DNA of 64,000 bases from Acidobacteriota bacterium (lineage in GTDB: Bacteria; Acidobacteriota; Thermoanaerobaculia; Multivoradales; Multivoraceae). Each line of letters starts with the position of its first letter. Position 1 is the first letter of the stretch. Position numbers and translations under genes: made by a program. Positions 38,426 to 48,022 of this stretch are shown here, in pieces. Below the pieces are notes generated by a model. That model ran no database searches, was not told the origin of the DNA, and saw only the letters and a list, made by a program, of their open reading frames with translations. The stretch lies in NCBI GenBank assembly GCA_003388555.1, contig QQVD01000057.1, forward strand, positions 43,192 through 107,191. The letters are read 5' to 3'.

Positions 38426-39739
38426 ATGCAGCCTCGGCTCGACGTCCCCGAGGCCGCCGCCCGGAGCCCACTGCGGGAAGCCGCCGTCCTCTCCCTGCTG
38501 CTGGTCGTCGCTGCCGCGGCGACGTCGGCCAACGACGGCTGGCCCGACTGGCGCGGCCCGACGCTCAACCGCTCGGTCGACGCCTCGGGGCTTCCGGTGG
38601 CCTGGTCCGAGAGCGAGAACCTGTGCTGGAAGACGGCGCTGCCCGACCGCTCCGGAGCGACTCCGATCGTCAGCCAGGGCACCATCTTCCTCAACGTCGG
38701 CGAGGGCGAGCAGCTCGAGCTCTGGGCGCTCGACGAAAGGGACGGCTCGCTGCGCTGGAAGCGCGCCATCGGCGCTGGCAACGAGCGCAAACACAAGCAG
38801 AACATGTCGTCGCCGTCGCCGGTCAGCGACGGCGAGCACGTCTGGGTGCTCACCGGCACCGGCGTGGTGAAGGCCTTCGACTTCGCCGGCCAGGAGGTCT
38901 GGAAGCGCGACCTGCAGGAGGACTACGGCGACTTCGGGCTCAACTGGGGTTACGCCTCGTCGCCCTTCCTGCACCGCGGCGTGCTCTACGTCCAGGTGCT
39001 GCACGGCATGCGTACCGACGATCCGTCGTACGTCGTGGCCATCGAAGCGGAGAGCGGCGACAACCGCTGGCGGGTCGAGCGCCCGACCGACGCGCGCGCC
39101 GAGTCGCCGGACAGCTACACCACGCCGGCCCTGCTGCAGCGCGGCGCCGGCGAGCTGGTCATCAGCGGCGGCGACTACGTCACCGGCCACGCTCTCGACG
39201 ACGGCCGCGAGCTGTGGCGAGTCGGCGGCCTCAACCCGGAGAAGCACGGCATGTACCGGGTGGTGGCTTCACCGGTGGTGGTGGGCCGCACGATCTTCGT
39301 GCCGTCGCGTGTGCGGCCGCTGCTCGCCCTGCGCGCCGAATCGGAGGAGTACGGCGCCGAGCCCGAGGTGCTGTTCGAGCTCGACCGGGGCACCGACGTG
39401 CCGACTCCGGCGGCCAACCAGGACTACCTCTTCGTGCTCAGCGACAACGGCATCCTGCGGCGCATCGACGCCAAGACGGGCGAGGAGACCTGGGACGAGC
39501 CGCAGCGCTTGGCGCAGGGCAACTACAGCGCCTCGCCACTGCTCGCCGACGGCAAGCTCTACGCCACCTCCGAGGACGGGGTGACGTCGGTGGTCGCTGC
39601 CTACGGCGACTTCGAGGAGCTGGCGGTGAACAAGCTGGAGGGCTTCACCCTCTCGTCGCTAGCGGTCTCCCGAGGTCGCATCTACCAGCGCACCGACCAG
39701 GCGCTCTACTGCATCGGTGGGGCGTCGGAGGTCCCCTGA
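38426..39739 (+). CDS. Secreted PQQ-like beta-propeller repeat protein (paralog 1 of 4).
   Basis: Signal peptide AAVLSLLLVVAAAATSA. Propeller blade motifs WPDWRGPTLNRS..., GTIFLNVGEGEQLELWALDERDGSLRWKR, and repeated G..Y......G.L.A.D..TGE..W. Confidence 0.75.
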   Translation: MQPRLDVPEAAARSPLREAAVLSLLLVVAAAATSANDGWPDWRGPTLNRSVDASGLPVAWSESENLCWKTALPDRSGATPIVSQGTIFLNVGEGEQLELWALDERDGSLRWKRAIGAGNERKHKQNMSSPSPVSDGEHVWVLTGTGVVKAFDFAGQEVWKRDLQEDYGDFGLNWGYASSPFLHRGVLYVQVLHGMRTDDPSYVVAIEAESGDNRWRVERPTDARAESPDSYTTPALLQRGAGELVISGGDYVTGHALDDGRELWRVGGLNPEKHGMYRVVASPVVVGRTIFVPSRVRPLLALRAESEEYGAEPEVLFELDRGTDVPTPAANQDYLFVLSDNGILRRIDAKTGEETWDEPQRLAQGNYSASPLLADGKLYATSEDGVTSVVAAYGDFEELAVNKLEGFTLSSLAVSRGRIYQRTDQALYCIGGASEVP

Positions 39740-39877
39740 GCTCCCCGAGCCTTTTCCCGAGATCGCGGACAGCCCAGGCCCCCGAGCCCGACGGTCCCCG
39801 TCTGCCGGCAGCCGGGGGACGGCCCTGAGGGCGCTGCCGCATCGCTGTCGGCCCGGCGGAGGCTCACTGGTCGTATC

Positions 39878-41635
39878 TCACTGGTCGTAGCGGAAGTGCC
39901 GCACGACGACGATGCCGCCGAAGAGCAGGGCGCAGCCGAGGGCGACGAGCGCCGCGGTGTGCAGCCAGCTCTGGTCGCGGCTGGCCAGGAGCACGATGCT
40001 ACCCGCCACCAGCAGCGACGAGACGAGCACTGCGGTCGCGAGCAGCCGCGAGGCGAAGACCAGCGCCGCGGTCAGGCGGTCGAGCCCGCCGTGCGAGAGC
40101 TTGAGCTCCAGCTCGCTGCGCCGCAAGCGGTCGAGCAGCGCCCGGACGTCGTGGGGCAGCTCCTCCAGCAGGCCGCCATAGGCACCGAGAAGGGCTGCGG
40201 CGCGGCGCCGCAGCGCCTCACCGGAGAAGCGTGAGAGCAGGGTGGCGCGGGTCTGGCGGGTGATCTCCTCGACGACGCTGAACTCGGGGTCGAGCCTGGC
40301 GGCGAGCGACTCGAGGGTGCTCAGGGTCTTGACCAGTTTCAGCAGATCGGCCGGGATGCGTGCCTCGTGCTGGCGGAGGATCCGGAACAGGCGTTGAAGG
40401 AGCGAGGTGACCCGCAGGCTCTCGAGAGTCGCCTGGTCGAAGTCGACCATCAGCCCGTGCAGGCTGCGCTGCAGGGCCCGGTCGTCCTCGAGCCCCGGAT
40501 CGGCGTCGACCAGGCGGCACGCCACCTGTTGCACCTGCCGCACCCGCCCATCGAAGACGGCGTGGATCATCTCGGCGAGCAGATCGCGCTGCTCCTGACT
40601 GAGATACCCGACGATGCCGCAGTCGACGAAGCCGATGCGGTCGCCTTCGAGCAGGATCAGATTGCCGGCGTGCGGATCGGCGTGGAAGAAGCCGTGCTGT
40701 AGGCACTGCTCGACCACCGCCAGGCTGCCTCGCCGCACCAGGGTGCGCCGGCTCTCCAGCGGCAGACTGGCGACGTCGACCTGGGTGAAGGGCGTCCCGA
40801 GCAGCTCCTCGAGCACCAGGATCCTCGGTGTCGTCACCTGCCAGTGGACCTCGGGGAAGACGATCTCGTCGTGATCGCGGAACAGGCGCCGCAGCCGGTC
40901 GGTGGCGCGACCCTCGTGGAGGAGATCGAGCTCCTCCATCCGGTCCTGGGCGAACTGCTCCAGCACCTCGGAGGGGCTGAAACCGAGGTTGGCGTTCTGT
41001 TCGACGAACGAGGCGAGCAGCGACAGCACCTCGAGGTCGGCCTGGATGACGCCGCGCACCCCCGGCCGCAGGATCTTCAGCACCACCCGGGTGCCGTCGA
41101 CGAGGGTCGCCCTGTGCACCTGGGCGATCGATCCCGCGGCCAGCGGGTCGGGATCGATGTGGCGGAACAGGGCTTCGTGCCGCTCGCCGAGGCGTTCGAC
41201 GAGCAGCTCGTGGATCTCCTCCCAGGGAACGGGCTGCACGTCGTCCTGCAGCCGTGCGAGGGGTTCGGCCCAACCCTCGGGCAGCAGGTCCTCGCGACTG
41301 ACCAGGAACTGGCCGAGCTTGACGAAGGTCGGTCGCAGCTCCTCGATCGCCCGCGCCAGGCGTTCGGCGGAGGCATGCGCTCGGCCGGCCGTGCGCTCGG
41401 CCGACGACCCGCCTCCTGTGTCGACCGCGGTGGACGGCGCTGATTCGTCTGAGCCACCCCGGATCCAGTGTGGGAGCTGGAAGTGGTCGGCGAGGTCGGA
41501 GAAGCCGTGTTTGACGAAGACCGCGGCGACCTCGCGGGCGCGCTGCACGACGCGGAGCTTGCTGGGGATCGGGCTCTTCACGACCAGTGCTGGACAGCCT
41601 GCCAGGATCGACGACCTCAGCGCCGTACGGGACAT
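39878..41635 (-). CDS. UbiB/ABC1 (AarF) atypical protein kinase family protein with C-terminal TM helices.
   Basis: ELRPTFVKLGQFLVSREDLLP, AAGSIAQVHRATL, VVLKILRPGV, FFHADPHAGNLIL, C-terminal hydrophobic tail. Confidence 0.85.
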   Translation of the reverse strand: MSRTALRSSILAGCPALVVKSPIPSKLRVVQRAREVAAVFVKHGFSDLADHFQLPHWIRGGSDESAPSTAVDTGGGSSAERTAGRAHASAERLARAIEELRPTFVKLGQFLVSREDLLPEGWAEPLARLQDDVQPVPWEEIHELLVERLGERHEALFRHIDPDPLAAGSIAQVHRATLVDGTRVVLKILRPGVRGVIQADLEVLSLLASFVEQNANLGFSPSEVLEQFAQDRMEELDLLHEGRATDRLRRLFRDHDEIVFPEVHWQVTTPRILVLEELLGTPFTQVDVASLPLESRRTLVRRGSLAVVEQCLQHGFFHADPHAGNLILLEGDRIGFVDCGIVGYLSQEQRDLLAEMIHAVFDGRVRQVQQVACRLVDADPGLEDDRALQRSLHGLMVDFDQATLESLRVTSLLQRLFRILRQHEARIPADLLKLVKTLSTLESLAARLDPEFSVVEEITRQTRATLLSRFSGEALRRRAAALLGAYGGLLEELPHDVRALLDRLRRSELELKLSHGGLDRLTAALVFASRLLATAVLVSSLLVAGSIVLLASRDQSWLHTAALVALGCALLFGGIVVVRHFRYDQ

Positions 41636-41740
41636 TCCGGATGGCGGGTGGGCCTGTCGCCGCTACATGCTGTCAGAGCGCCGTCGCGAAACCGCGCGAC
41701 GCGGCCTCGCGCCGAGAACGATGTCGAAGGAGATGGACCC

Positions 41741-41998
41741 GTGAAGGAACCGAAGGTGGTCAAGGAACTGTTGGCGACGGTCGAGACGCTGCGAGACGAG
41801 ATGCGCGTCCAGGCCAACCTGGCCAGCAAGGACGCCAGGGACGAGCTGCACCGCCTCGAGGAGCGCTGGAAGTCGCTCGATCGTGAGCGTCGGCGGGTCG
41901 CCGAGGTGGTCGAGGAGACGGCCGAGGAGTCGTGGGCGGGCATGCGCATGGCACTGGAGGAGCTCCGCGACGGCTACCGCAGGCTGCGCAAGGGCTGA
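41741..41998 (+). CDS. Small coiled-coil hypothetical protein (85 aa).
   Basis: GTG start with GAAGGAGA 8 nt upstream. Charged helical sequence (KELLATVETLRDEMRVQANLASKDARDELHRLEERWKSLDRERRR). Confidence 0.4.
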   Translation: MKEPKVVKELLATVETLRDEMRVQANLASKDARDELHRLEERWKSLDRERRRVAEVVEETAEESWAGMRMALEELRDGYRRLRKG

Positions 41999-42327
41999 GA
42001 CCCGCACCGGCGCCTCGGGGACGATGCGCGCCGGCTTCGGACGTGGGCGCGACGCCCATCCTCGGAACCGGCCGTGCAGCGGAGACGACGCGGCCCTCGA
42101 CGGCGGGCGCCGGGCCCGGCATCCTCGATCCGAAGTGAGCGCAGCATCGGCGAACCTCCGCTGGATGCGCTCCTGGGACTGCTACGCTCCCCGAGCCCAA
42201 GGCGGTGCTCGCCGCGCTCGAGGGCGGTCGAGGTAGGGCGAAGGAGTACCGGCGCTCCTGTCGCGGCCGAACGGCGGCGGGATGCGGTTCTCGTCACCGT
42301 CTCCGAATGCAGCCCCAGGAGTTCCAG

Positions 42328-43494
42328 ATGCTTCGCAGCCCCCGTTCCGTCCGCCGCCTCCCTCTCGCCCCCCGCGGCGCCTTCCGGGCGTCGCTCCCGA
42401 GTTTCGTGGCGCTCGGCGCGCTCACCACGCTCCTGTTCGCGTTCGTCGCGTGCGGCGGCGGCTCGACCGGGGCCGGTGGCGAAGCTCCCGAGGAAGGTGA
42501 ACGACGCTTCCTGAGCCTCGGGACGGCTCCGCCCGGCGGCGCCTTCTTCGTCGTCGGCGGTGCCCTGAGCGAGGTGCTCGGACAGTACGGCCCGAGTGGC
42601 TGGCAGGTGACCAACGAGGCGACCAAGGGCTCGCAGGAGAACATCCGACGGCTCGATGCGGGCGAGATCGATCTGGCGCTCTCCAATGCCGCCATCACCT
42701 ACTTCGCGGTGCGTGGCGAGGGCGAGTGGGAGAAGGCGTTCGAGGTCAGCGCGGTGATGACGCTGGCGCCCAACGTGGCGCTGTTCCTGGCGCCGGAGAA
42801 CGGCCCGGTGCAGACGATCGCCGACCTGCGCGGCCGCCGCGTCGTCGTCGGGCCTGCTGGCGCCGGATTCGAGTACTTCCTGCAGCCGATGCTCGAGGCC
42901 CACGGTGTGGCCTACGAGGACTTCACGCCGCTCAACGCGACCCAGGCGGGCGCGGTCGACATGCTCGCCGATGGCGCCGCCGCGGCGGCCTTCCTCGGCG
43001 GCGCGGTGCCGACGGCGTCGATCACCCAGGCCACCAGCGGCCAGGCGATCCGCTTCGTGCCCTACGGCGACGAGGCGAAGCAGAACCTGATCCGCGACTA
43101 CCCCTTCTTCGAGGCGGCGACGATCCCGGCCGGCACCTACCGCGGCCAGGAAGAGGCCTACGACGGCCTCAACGTCGGCTCGATGCACCTGATCGTGGCC
43201 AGCGGCGCCGATGAGGAGTTCGTCTACCAGGTCACGAAGACCCTCTGGGAGCAGCGCGAGGCGGTCGTCGAGCGGCACCCGGCCGGCCGTGCGATCAACG
43301 AGCGGGTGGCGGTGCGTGACACCGGCACGCCGTTCCATCCGGGCGCCGAGCGCTTCTACCGCGAGATCGGTATCTGGCCGGACGGTGAGGCCGGCGAGGT
43401 GACGCCGACCGAGGCCGGGGCGGCGGGTGGCAGCGAGAGCGAGCCCACTGCGGACACGGGGGCTGCCGGAGCCGAGTCTCCGGAAGGTCGATGA
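42328..43494 (+). CDS. TAXI-family TRAP transporter solute-binding lipoprotein.
   Basis: AGGAG lies 7 nt upstream. The lipoprotein signal ends FAFVACGG. LSLGTAPPGGAFFVVGGALSEVL matches the TAXI N-terminal signature. It has an acidic C-terminal tail. Confidence 0.8.
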   Translation: MLRSPRSVRRLPLAPRGAFRASLPSFVALGALTTLLFAFVACGGGSTGAGGEAPEEGERRFLSLGTAPPGGAFFVVGGALSEVLGQYGPSGWQVTNEATKGSQENIRRLDAGEIDLALSNAAITYFAVRGEGEWEKAFEVSAVMTLAPNVALFLAPENGPVQTIADLRGRRVVVGPAGAGFEYFLQPMLEAHGVAYEDFTPLNATQAGAVDMLADGAAAAAFLGGAVPTASITQATSGQAIRFVPYGDEAKQNLIRDYPFFEAATIPAGTYRGQEEAYDGLNVGSMHLIVASGADEEFVYQVTKTLWEQREAVVERHPAGRAINERVAVRDTGTPFHPGAERFYREIGIWPDGEAGEVTPTEAGAAGGSESEPTADTGAAGAESPEGR

Positions 43495-43546
43495 GCCTGC
43501 AGCCCGTCCGGCGGGCGCATTCCATGGCGGCTTCGGAGGGCTTGCG

Positions 43547-45637
43547 GTGAGCGACGAAGCAACGACCCCGTCGCCACGGCCGATCCGACGCGGCCGCTGG
43601 TCGGCGGCGCTCGGAGCGCTGCTCGTCCTCTTCACCCTCTTCGAGGTCAACTATCCCGTTCTGCGACCGCAGAGCGACCTGGCGATCTTCGCCCTCTTCG
43701 GGCTGCTCTTCTGTTTCCTCTTCCCGCGCGGCAAGGCCGGCGCCGCTTCGCGGCATCGGGCGCTTCGCCTCCTCGACTACGTGCTCGCCGGGGTCTCGAC
43801 CCTGGTCTGCGTCTACGTCATCGCGCAGACCGAGCCGTCGTTCTCGGCCTGGTGGCTCGACGGCTCCTCGCTGGGCGACCGCGCCGGCGCCGAGAGGCCG
43901 CTCGACTACCTGATCGGCGCTCTGGGGCTGGTGGTGGTGCTGGAGGGGGCGCGGCGGTCGGTGGGCTGGGCGTTGCCGATCCTGTCGGTGATCTTCCTGA
44001 TCTACGCCCAGGTCGGTCCTTCGCTTCCGACCTGGCTCTTCCCGCACCGCGGCTACGGCTGGGAGCGCATCGTCTCGCAGACCTTCCTGCACAGCCAGGG
44101 CGTCTTCGGCACGGCGTTGTCGGTGATGTTCACCTACGTCTTCCTGTTCGTGGTCTTCGGCGCCCTGCTCGAACGCACCGGCGCGACCCAGTTCGTGATC
44201 GACGCGGCGCAACGGATCTTCGCCGGCAGCGTCGGCGGCGCCGCCAAGGTCTCGGTGCTGTCGAGCGGCCTGATGGGCTCGCTGTCGGGCAGCGCGGTCG
44301 CCAACACCGCGACGACGGGGACGTTCACCATCCCTTTGATGCGCTCCAGCGGCTTCAAGCGCCACGAGGCGGCGGGCATCGAGGCGGCGGCGAGCTCGGG
44401 GGGCGCCCTCGTGCCCCCGGTGATGGGCGCCGGCGCCTACATGATGCTCGAGATCGTCGATCCGCCGGTGACCTATCTCGAGATCGTTCGCGCCGCGCTC
44501 CTGCCGTCGTTGATCTACTACTTCTCGCTGTTCACCATCGTGCACTTCGTCGCCCACCGCGTGCACTGGTTCGCCAGTCGGGGGATCGCCCGTCCCGGGC
44601 GCCGCATGGCAGGGCTCGTCGGTGAAGCCAAGGCGGCGAGCTCGGGTGCGGGCGCGACAGACGACGAGCAGGGCTTCGACGGCGAACGCGAACCGGCGCC
44701 GACGGCGCCCGGCGGCGTGGCGCCCAACTCACGCTGGGCAGGCGTGCTCTTCGTCGGCTCGCTGACGGTGCTCATCGGGCTGTTGCTGATGCGCTTCTCG
44801 GTCTTCCGCGCGGTGACTGTGGCGCTCATCGTCGTCGCGGTGCTCGCCATGGCGCACGGCGAGACCCGGCTGGGCCTGCGCGACCTGCTCGACGTCGCGG
44901 CACGGGCGGCGCGCGGTTCGGTGGCACTGATCTGCGCCGCGGCATCGGTCGGCGTGGTGATCGGAGTGGTGACGCTGACCGGGATCGGTACCAAGCTGCC
45001 CTCGGTGCTGCTGCCGCTGGCTGAGCAGAACCTGATGGCGGCGCTGACCCTGATCATGATCTCGTCGATCGTGCTCGGCATGGGACTGCCGTCGGCGGGC
45101 TGCTACCTGCTGATGGCGACGCTGATCGGACCGGTGCTCGGCAACCTCGGCGTGGTGCCGCTGGCGGCGCACCTGTTCATCTTCTACTTCGGCATGATGT
45201 CGATGGTGACGCCGCCGGTGGCGCTGGCGGCGTACACCGCGGCGTCGATCGCCGACGCCGGGATCATGCGCTCCGGGATCGCCGCCTTCCGCTTCGCCCT
45301 GGTCGGCTTCACTCTGCCGTACCTCTTCGTGCTGCGCCCCGAGCTGCTGCTGATGTCGCCGGAGGGCGGCGCGCCACCGGTGCTGCGGGTGGTGGTCTCG
45401 GTGATCGTCGCGATCGCGGGCATCGTGCCGCTGGCGGCGGCGATCTCGGGCTACCTGCGCTGTCCGATCGGCTGGCAGCTGCGCCTGGTCTGTCTGGCGA
45501 TCTCGGGGCTGCTGCTGTGGCCGGCTCCACAGCATCAGATGCTGGGCTGGAACGACATCACCGGCTTCGTGCTGCTGATGATCCTGCTGGCTTTCAGCGG
45601 TCGCCTCTCTCCCGGATATCGAAGCGCTTCGCCTTGA
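43547..45637 (+). CDS. TRAP transporter fused permease subunit (TAXI-associated 4TM/12TM fusion).
   Basis: GTG start with GGAGG 7 nt upstream. About 16-18 hydrophobic helices with DctM-like GSLSGSAVANTATTG, and typical placement after a TAXI receptor. Confidence 0.85.
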   Translation: MSDEATTPSPRPIRRGRWSAALGALLVLFTLFEVNYPVLRPQSDLAIFALFGLLFCFLFPRGKAGAASRHRALRLLDYVLAGVSTLVCVYVIAQTEPSFSAWWLDGSSLGDRAGAERPLDYLIGALGLVVVLEGARRSVGWALPILSVIFLIYAQVGPSLPTWLFPHRGYGWERIVSQTFLHSQGVFGTALSVMFTYVFLFVVFGALLERTGATQFVIDAAQRIFAGSVGGAAKVSVLSSGLMGSLSGSAVANTATTGTFTIPLMRSSGFKRHEAAGIEAAASSGGALVPPVMGAGAYMMLEIVDPPVTYLEIVRAALLPSLIYYFSLFTIVHFVAHRVHWFASRGIARPGRRMAGLVGEAKAASSGAGATDDEQGFDGEREPAPTAPGGVAPNSRWAGVLFVGSLTVLIGLLLMRFSVFRAVTVALIVVAVLAMAHGETRLGLRDLLDVAARAARGSVALICAAASVGVVIGVVTLTGIGTKLPSVLLPLAEQNLMAALTLIMISSIVLGMGLPSAGCYLLMATLIGPVLGNLGVVPLAAHLFIFYFGMMSMVTPPVALAAYTAASIADAGIMRSGIAAFRFALVGFTLPYLFVLRPELLLMSPEGGAPPVLRVVVSVIVAIAGIVPLAAAISGYLRCPIGWQLRLVCLAISGLLLWPAPQHQMLGWNDITGFVLLMILLAFSGRLSPGYRSASP

Positions 45638-46988
45638 GCTCGAAGCGGGGGAGGGTTCCGGCATCGACCAGCTCGATGGGCACCCGCAGGTGCAGCGCCT
45701 CGCGGAAACGCCGCTCGAGTTGCTCCAGCGCGCTGCGCCGACCGGCGTCGTCGAGGTCGGGCTGCAGCTCGATCCTCAGCCGCAGCTCGCTCATCTGTCG
45801 GTCACGCAGGACCTCGGCGCGGTACTCGACGACGGCCGGCACCTGGCGCACGATGCCGTCCACCGCCGAGGGGTAGACGTTGACGCCGCGCACGACGAAC
45901 ATGTCGTCGAGCCTCCCGAGCACGCCGCCGGGAAGCCAGAGGCGCGCATCGGGACGTGCTCCCACTGCGAGGTCGGATTCGGCCCGGAGCCCGGGGCGGC
46001 AGGCGCGCACCAGGTCGCCGGTGCGGTAGCGCACAACGGGCCTGTCGGGTCGTGCCAGGTTGGTGAGTACCAGCTCGCCCTCGCGAATGGTCGGCCCGAT
46101 CTCGTGGCCGGGCACGATGCTGCCGTCCTCCGGGTCGCGCAGCTCGACGACGAAACGGCTCTCGTCGACGAAGAGACCGTCGGGCGCCGGATAGCCCCAG
46201 GCGCCGACCTCGGTGGCGCCGGCGTGGTCGTGACAGCGGGCTCCCCAGGCCTGCTCGAGCTGACGCGCCACGGCGGGAACGCTGGCGCCGGGCTCGCCGG
46301 CGTGCAGGGTGACGCGCACCGCACTGCGCGCCAGGTCGACGCCGCGCGACTCGGCCACCTCCGCCAGGCGCAGGGCGTAGGTGGGGGTGCAGACGACAAC
46401 GGTGGCGCCGAAGGCGACGATCTGATCCAGGCGCTGCTCGGAGCTCTGGGCGCCGCCGCTGAGGGTCAGGGCGCCGAGCTTCTGTGCGGCCTCGAAGGCG
46501 CCCCAGAAGCCGATGAACGGACCGAAGGAGAAGGCGACGTAGACCCGGTCGGAGGCGGTGACGCCGGCGGCCCGCAGCACCAGCTCCCACGACTCGAGGA
46601 AGCCTTCCCAGTTGCGGGCGCTGTCGGGCCAGAGCAGAGGCTGGCCGGTGCTGCCGGAAGTCTGGTGCAGGCGCACGAGATGGCTTTCCGGGCAGCTCAG
46701 ATTGGTGCCGAAGGGAGGGTGCTCGCGCTGATCCGCCAACAGATCGTCCTTGCTCAGCAGCGGCTGTGCCGCGAGCGTCATGAACGGATCCCCATCGTGA
46801 TCTCCGCGGCGGTCGAACCCACGCCGGCGGTAGAACGGATTGCACCGTCCGAGGAGGTCGAAGAGCTCGCCCAGCGCATGCCCCTGATGAACGCCCAACG
46901 CCTCGAGGTCGCTGGCGAGTAGCGCCTCGTAGCTGGAGAGCAGCGCCGCCGGAGCGAGCTCTCGGTGAAGAGGAGTTGACTGCGTCAT
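45594..46988 (-). CDS. Phenylacetate-CoA ligase (PaaK)-like adenylate-forming enzyme.
   Basis: TSGSTGQP, YVAFSFGPFIGFWGAFEAAQKLGA, HAGATEVGAWGY, RYRTGDL, and C-terminal ...LPRFELKAKR are typical of PaaK / F390-synthetase-like ligases. Confidence 0.8.
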   Translation of the reverse strand: MTQSTPLHRELAPAALLSSYEALLASDLEALGVHQGHALGELFDLLGRCNPFYRRRGFDRRGDHDGDPFMTLAAQPLLSKDDLLADQREHPPFGTNLSCPESHLVRLHQTSGSTGQPLLWPDSARNWEGFLESWELVLRAAGVTASDRVYVAFSFGPFIGFWGAFEAAQKLGALTLSGGAQSSEQRLDQIVAFGATVVVCTPTYALRLAEVAESRGVDLARSAVRVTLHAGEPGASVPAVARQLEQAWGARCHDHAGATEVGAWGYPAPDGLFVDESRFVVELRDPEDGSIVPGHEIGPTIREGELVLTNLARPDRPVVRYRTGDLVRACRPGLRAESDLAVGARPDARLWLPGGVLGRLDDMFVVRGVNVYPSAVDGIVRQVPAVVEYRAEVLRDRQMSELRLRIELQPDLDDAGRRSALEQLERRFREALHLRVPIELVDAGTLPRFELKAKRFDIRERGDR

Positions 46989-47063
46989 GGGAGTTCGAGG
47001 GCACCGCCCGGCGACCGGGGCAAAGGTCGCCGGCGCACCGCAGGAGGCGTCGCGCCAGGCGGC

Positions 47064-47912
47064 TCAACGCTGATCGGGAGTGGCGATCTCCAGCCGGCGC
47101 TCGAGCCGCGGCGCCGGGCTCTCGTCGGCGAAGCGTACTTCGACGTCGAGGTCGCGGGCGGGCTCGCCGAACTCGCGCATCAGCCAGCCGGTGATGAACT
47201 CCTCGGTGCGGCGCCTGCCGATCTCGCGCACCAGCTCGACGTTGCTGGCGGCGCGTCGGCGCAGCATCGGGGTGATGCCGCGACGCAGCTTCTCGACCGC
47301 GTCGTCGGCGTCGCGCAGCACCGAGCTCTCGCGCACCTCGAAGGATAGGCGCGAGGCGTCGATCGCCGGGCGGTTGAACTCGATCGGCGGCGCCGAGACG
47401 TAGAGGTCGTCGTCGACGAGCTCGAAGCTCCACTCCTTGGACAGGTCGAGGTAGTAGGTGTAGCTGACCGGTGCGCGGGCCTCGACGACGATGTCGGGCA
47501 GATCGAGCTGGCCCCAGAGCACCGACGCGCTGTCCTTGCGCTCGAAGATCTCGGTCTGGTCGAGAGTGGCGAACTGCAGGTAGCTGCTGCCGGAGACCTC
47601 GGTGGCGTAGCTGGCGAAGCTGGTGGTGACGCTGCCCTGGCGGAACGCCCTCGCCATCTCGACGGCGGTGTCGGCCGCCGCCTGGGCGGCGCGGGTGGTG
47701 GTGTCGAGCGCCGTGCGCCCCGCGTTCGCTGCCTGGCGCACGACGTAGAAGGCGACGAAGGCACCCATCGCCAGCGTCAGCACCCCGACGAGGACCATCG
47801 CCTCGGCCCAGCCGATGCGGAAGCCGCGCTGTCTGACGCCGCTCGCAGGCGGCGGAGCGGAATCGTGACTGGGGCCGTTCGGCGGCGTCGTCGGCGGAGG
47901 CGAGGCGTTCAT
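47064..47912 (-). CDS. Membrane-anchored hypothetical protein (DUF4230-like).
   Basis: Pro-rich N-terminus then a single TM helix (MVLVGVLTLAMGAFVAFYVV) and a soluble domain. My family assignment is tentative. The ORF track start 48011 is an alternative. Confidence 0.5.
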   Translation of the reverse strand: MNASPPPTTPPNGPSHDSAPPPASGVRQRGFRIGWAEAMVLVGVLTLAMGAFVAFYVVRQAANAGRTALDTTTRAAQAAADTAVEMARAFRQGSVTTSFASYATEVSGSSYLQFATLDQTEIFERKDSASVLWGQLDLPDIVVEARAPVSYTYYLDLSKEWSFELVDDDLYVSAPPIEFNRPAIDASRLSFEVRESSVLRDADDAVEKLRRGITPMLRRRAASNVELVREIGRRRTEEFITGWLMREFGEPARDLDVEVRFADESPAPRLERRLEIATPDQR

Positions 47913-48022
47913 GGAGCGAGCGTATCCGTTCGCGCACGGGTCTGGCGCTCGCTTCGCCGCGGCGGGCAGGGAGAGCTCGGCGGGAGGAGTCCAGGCCCGG
48001 CGATGGCACAATCCCGAGGCTC

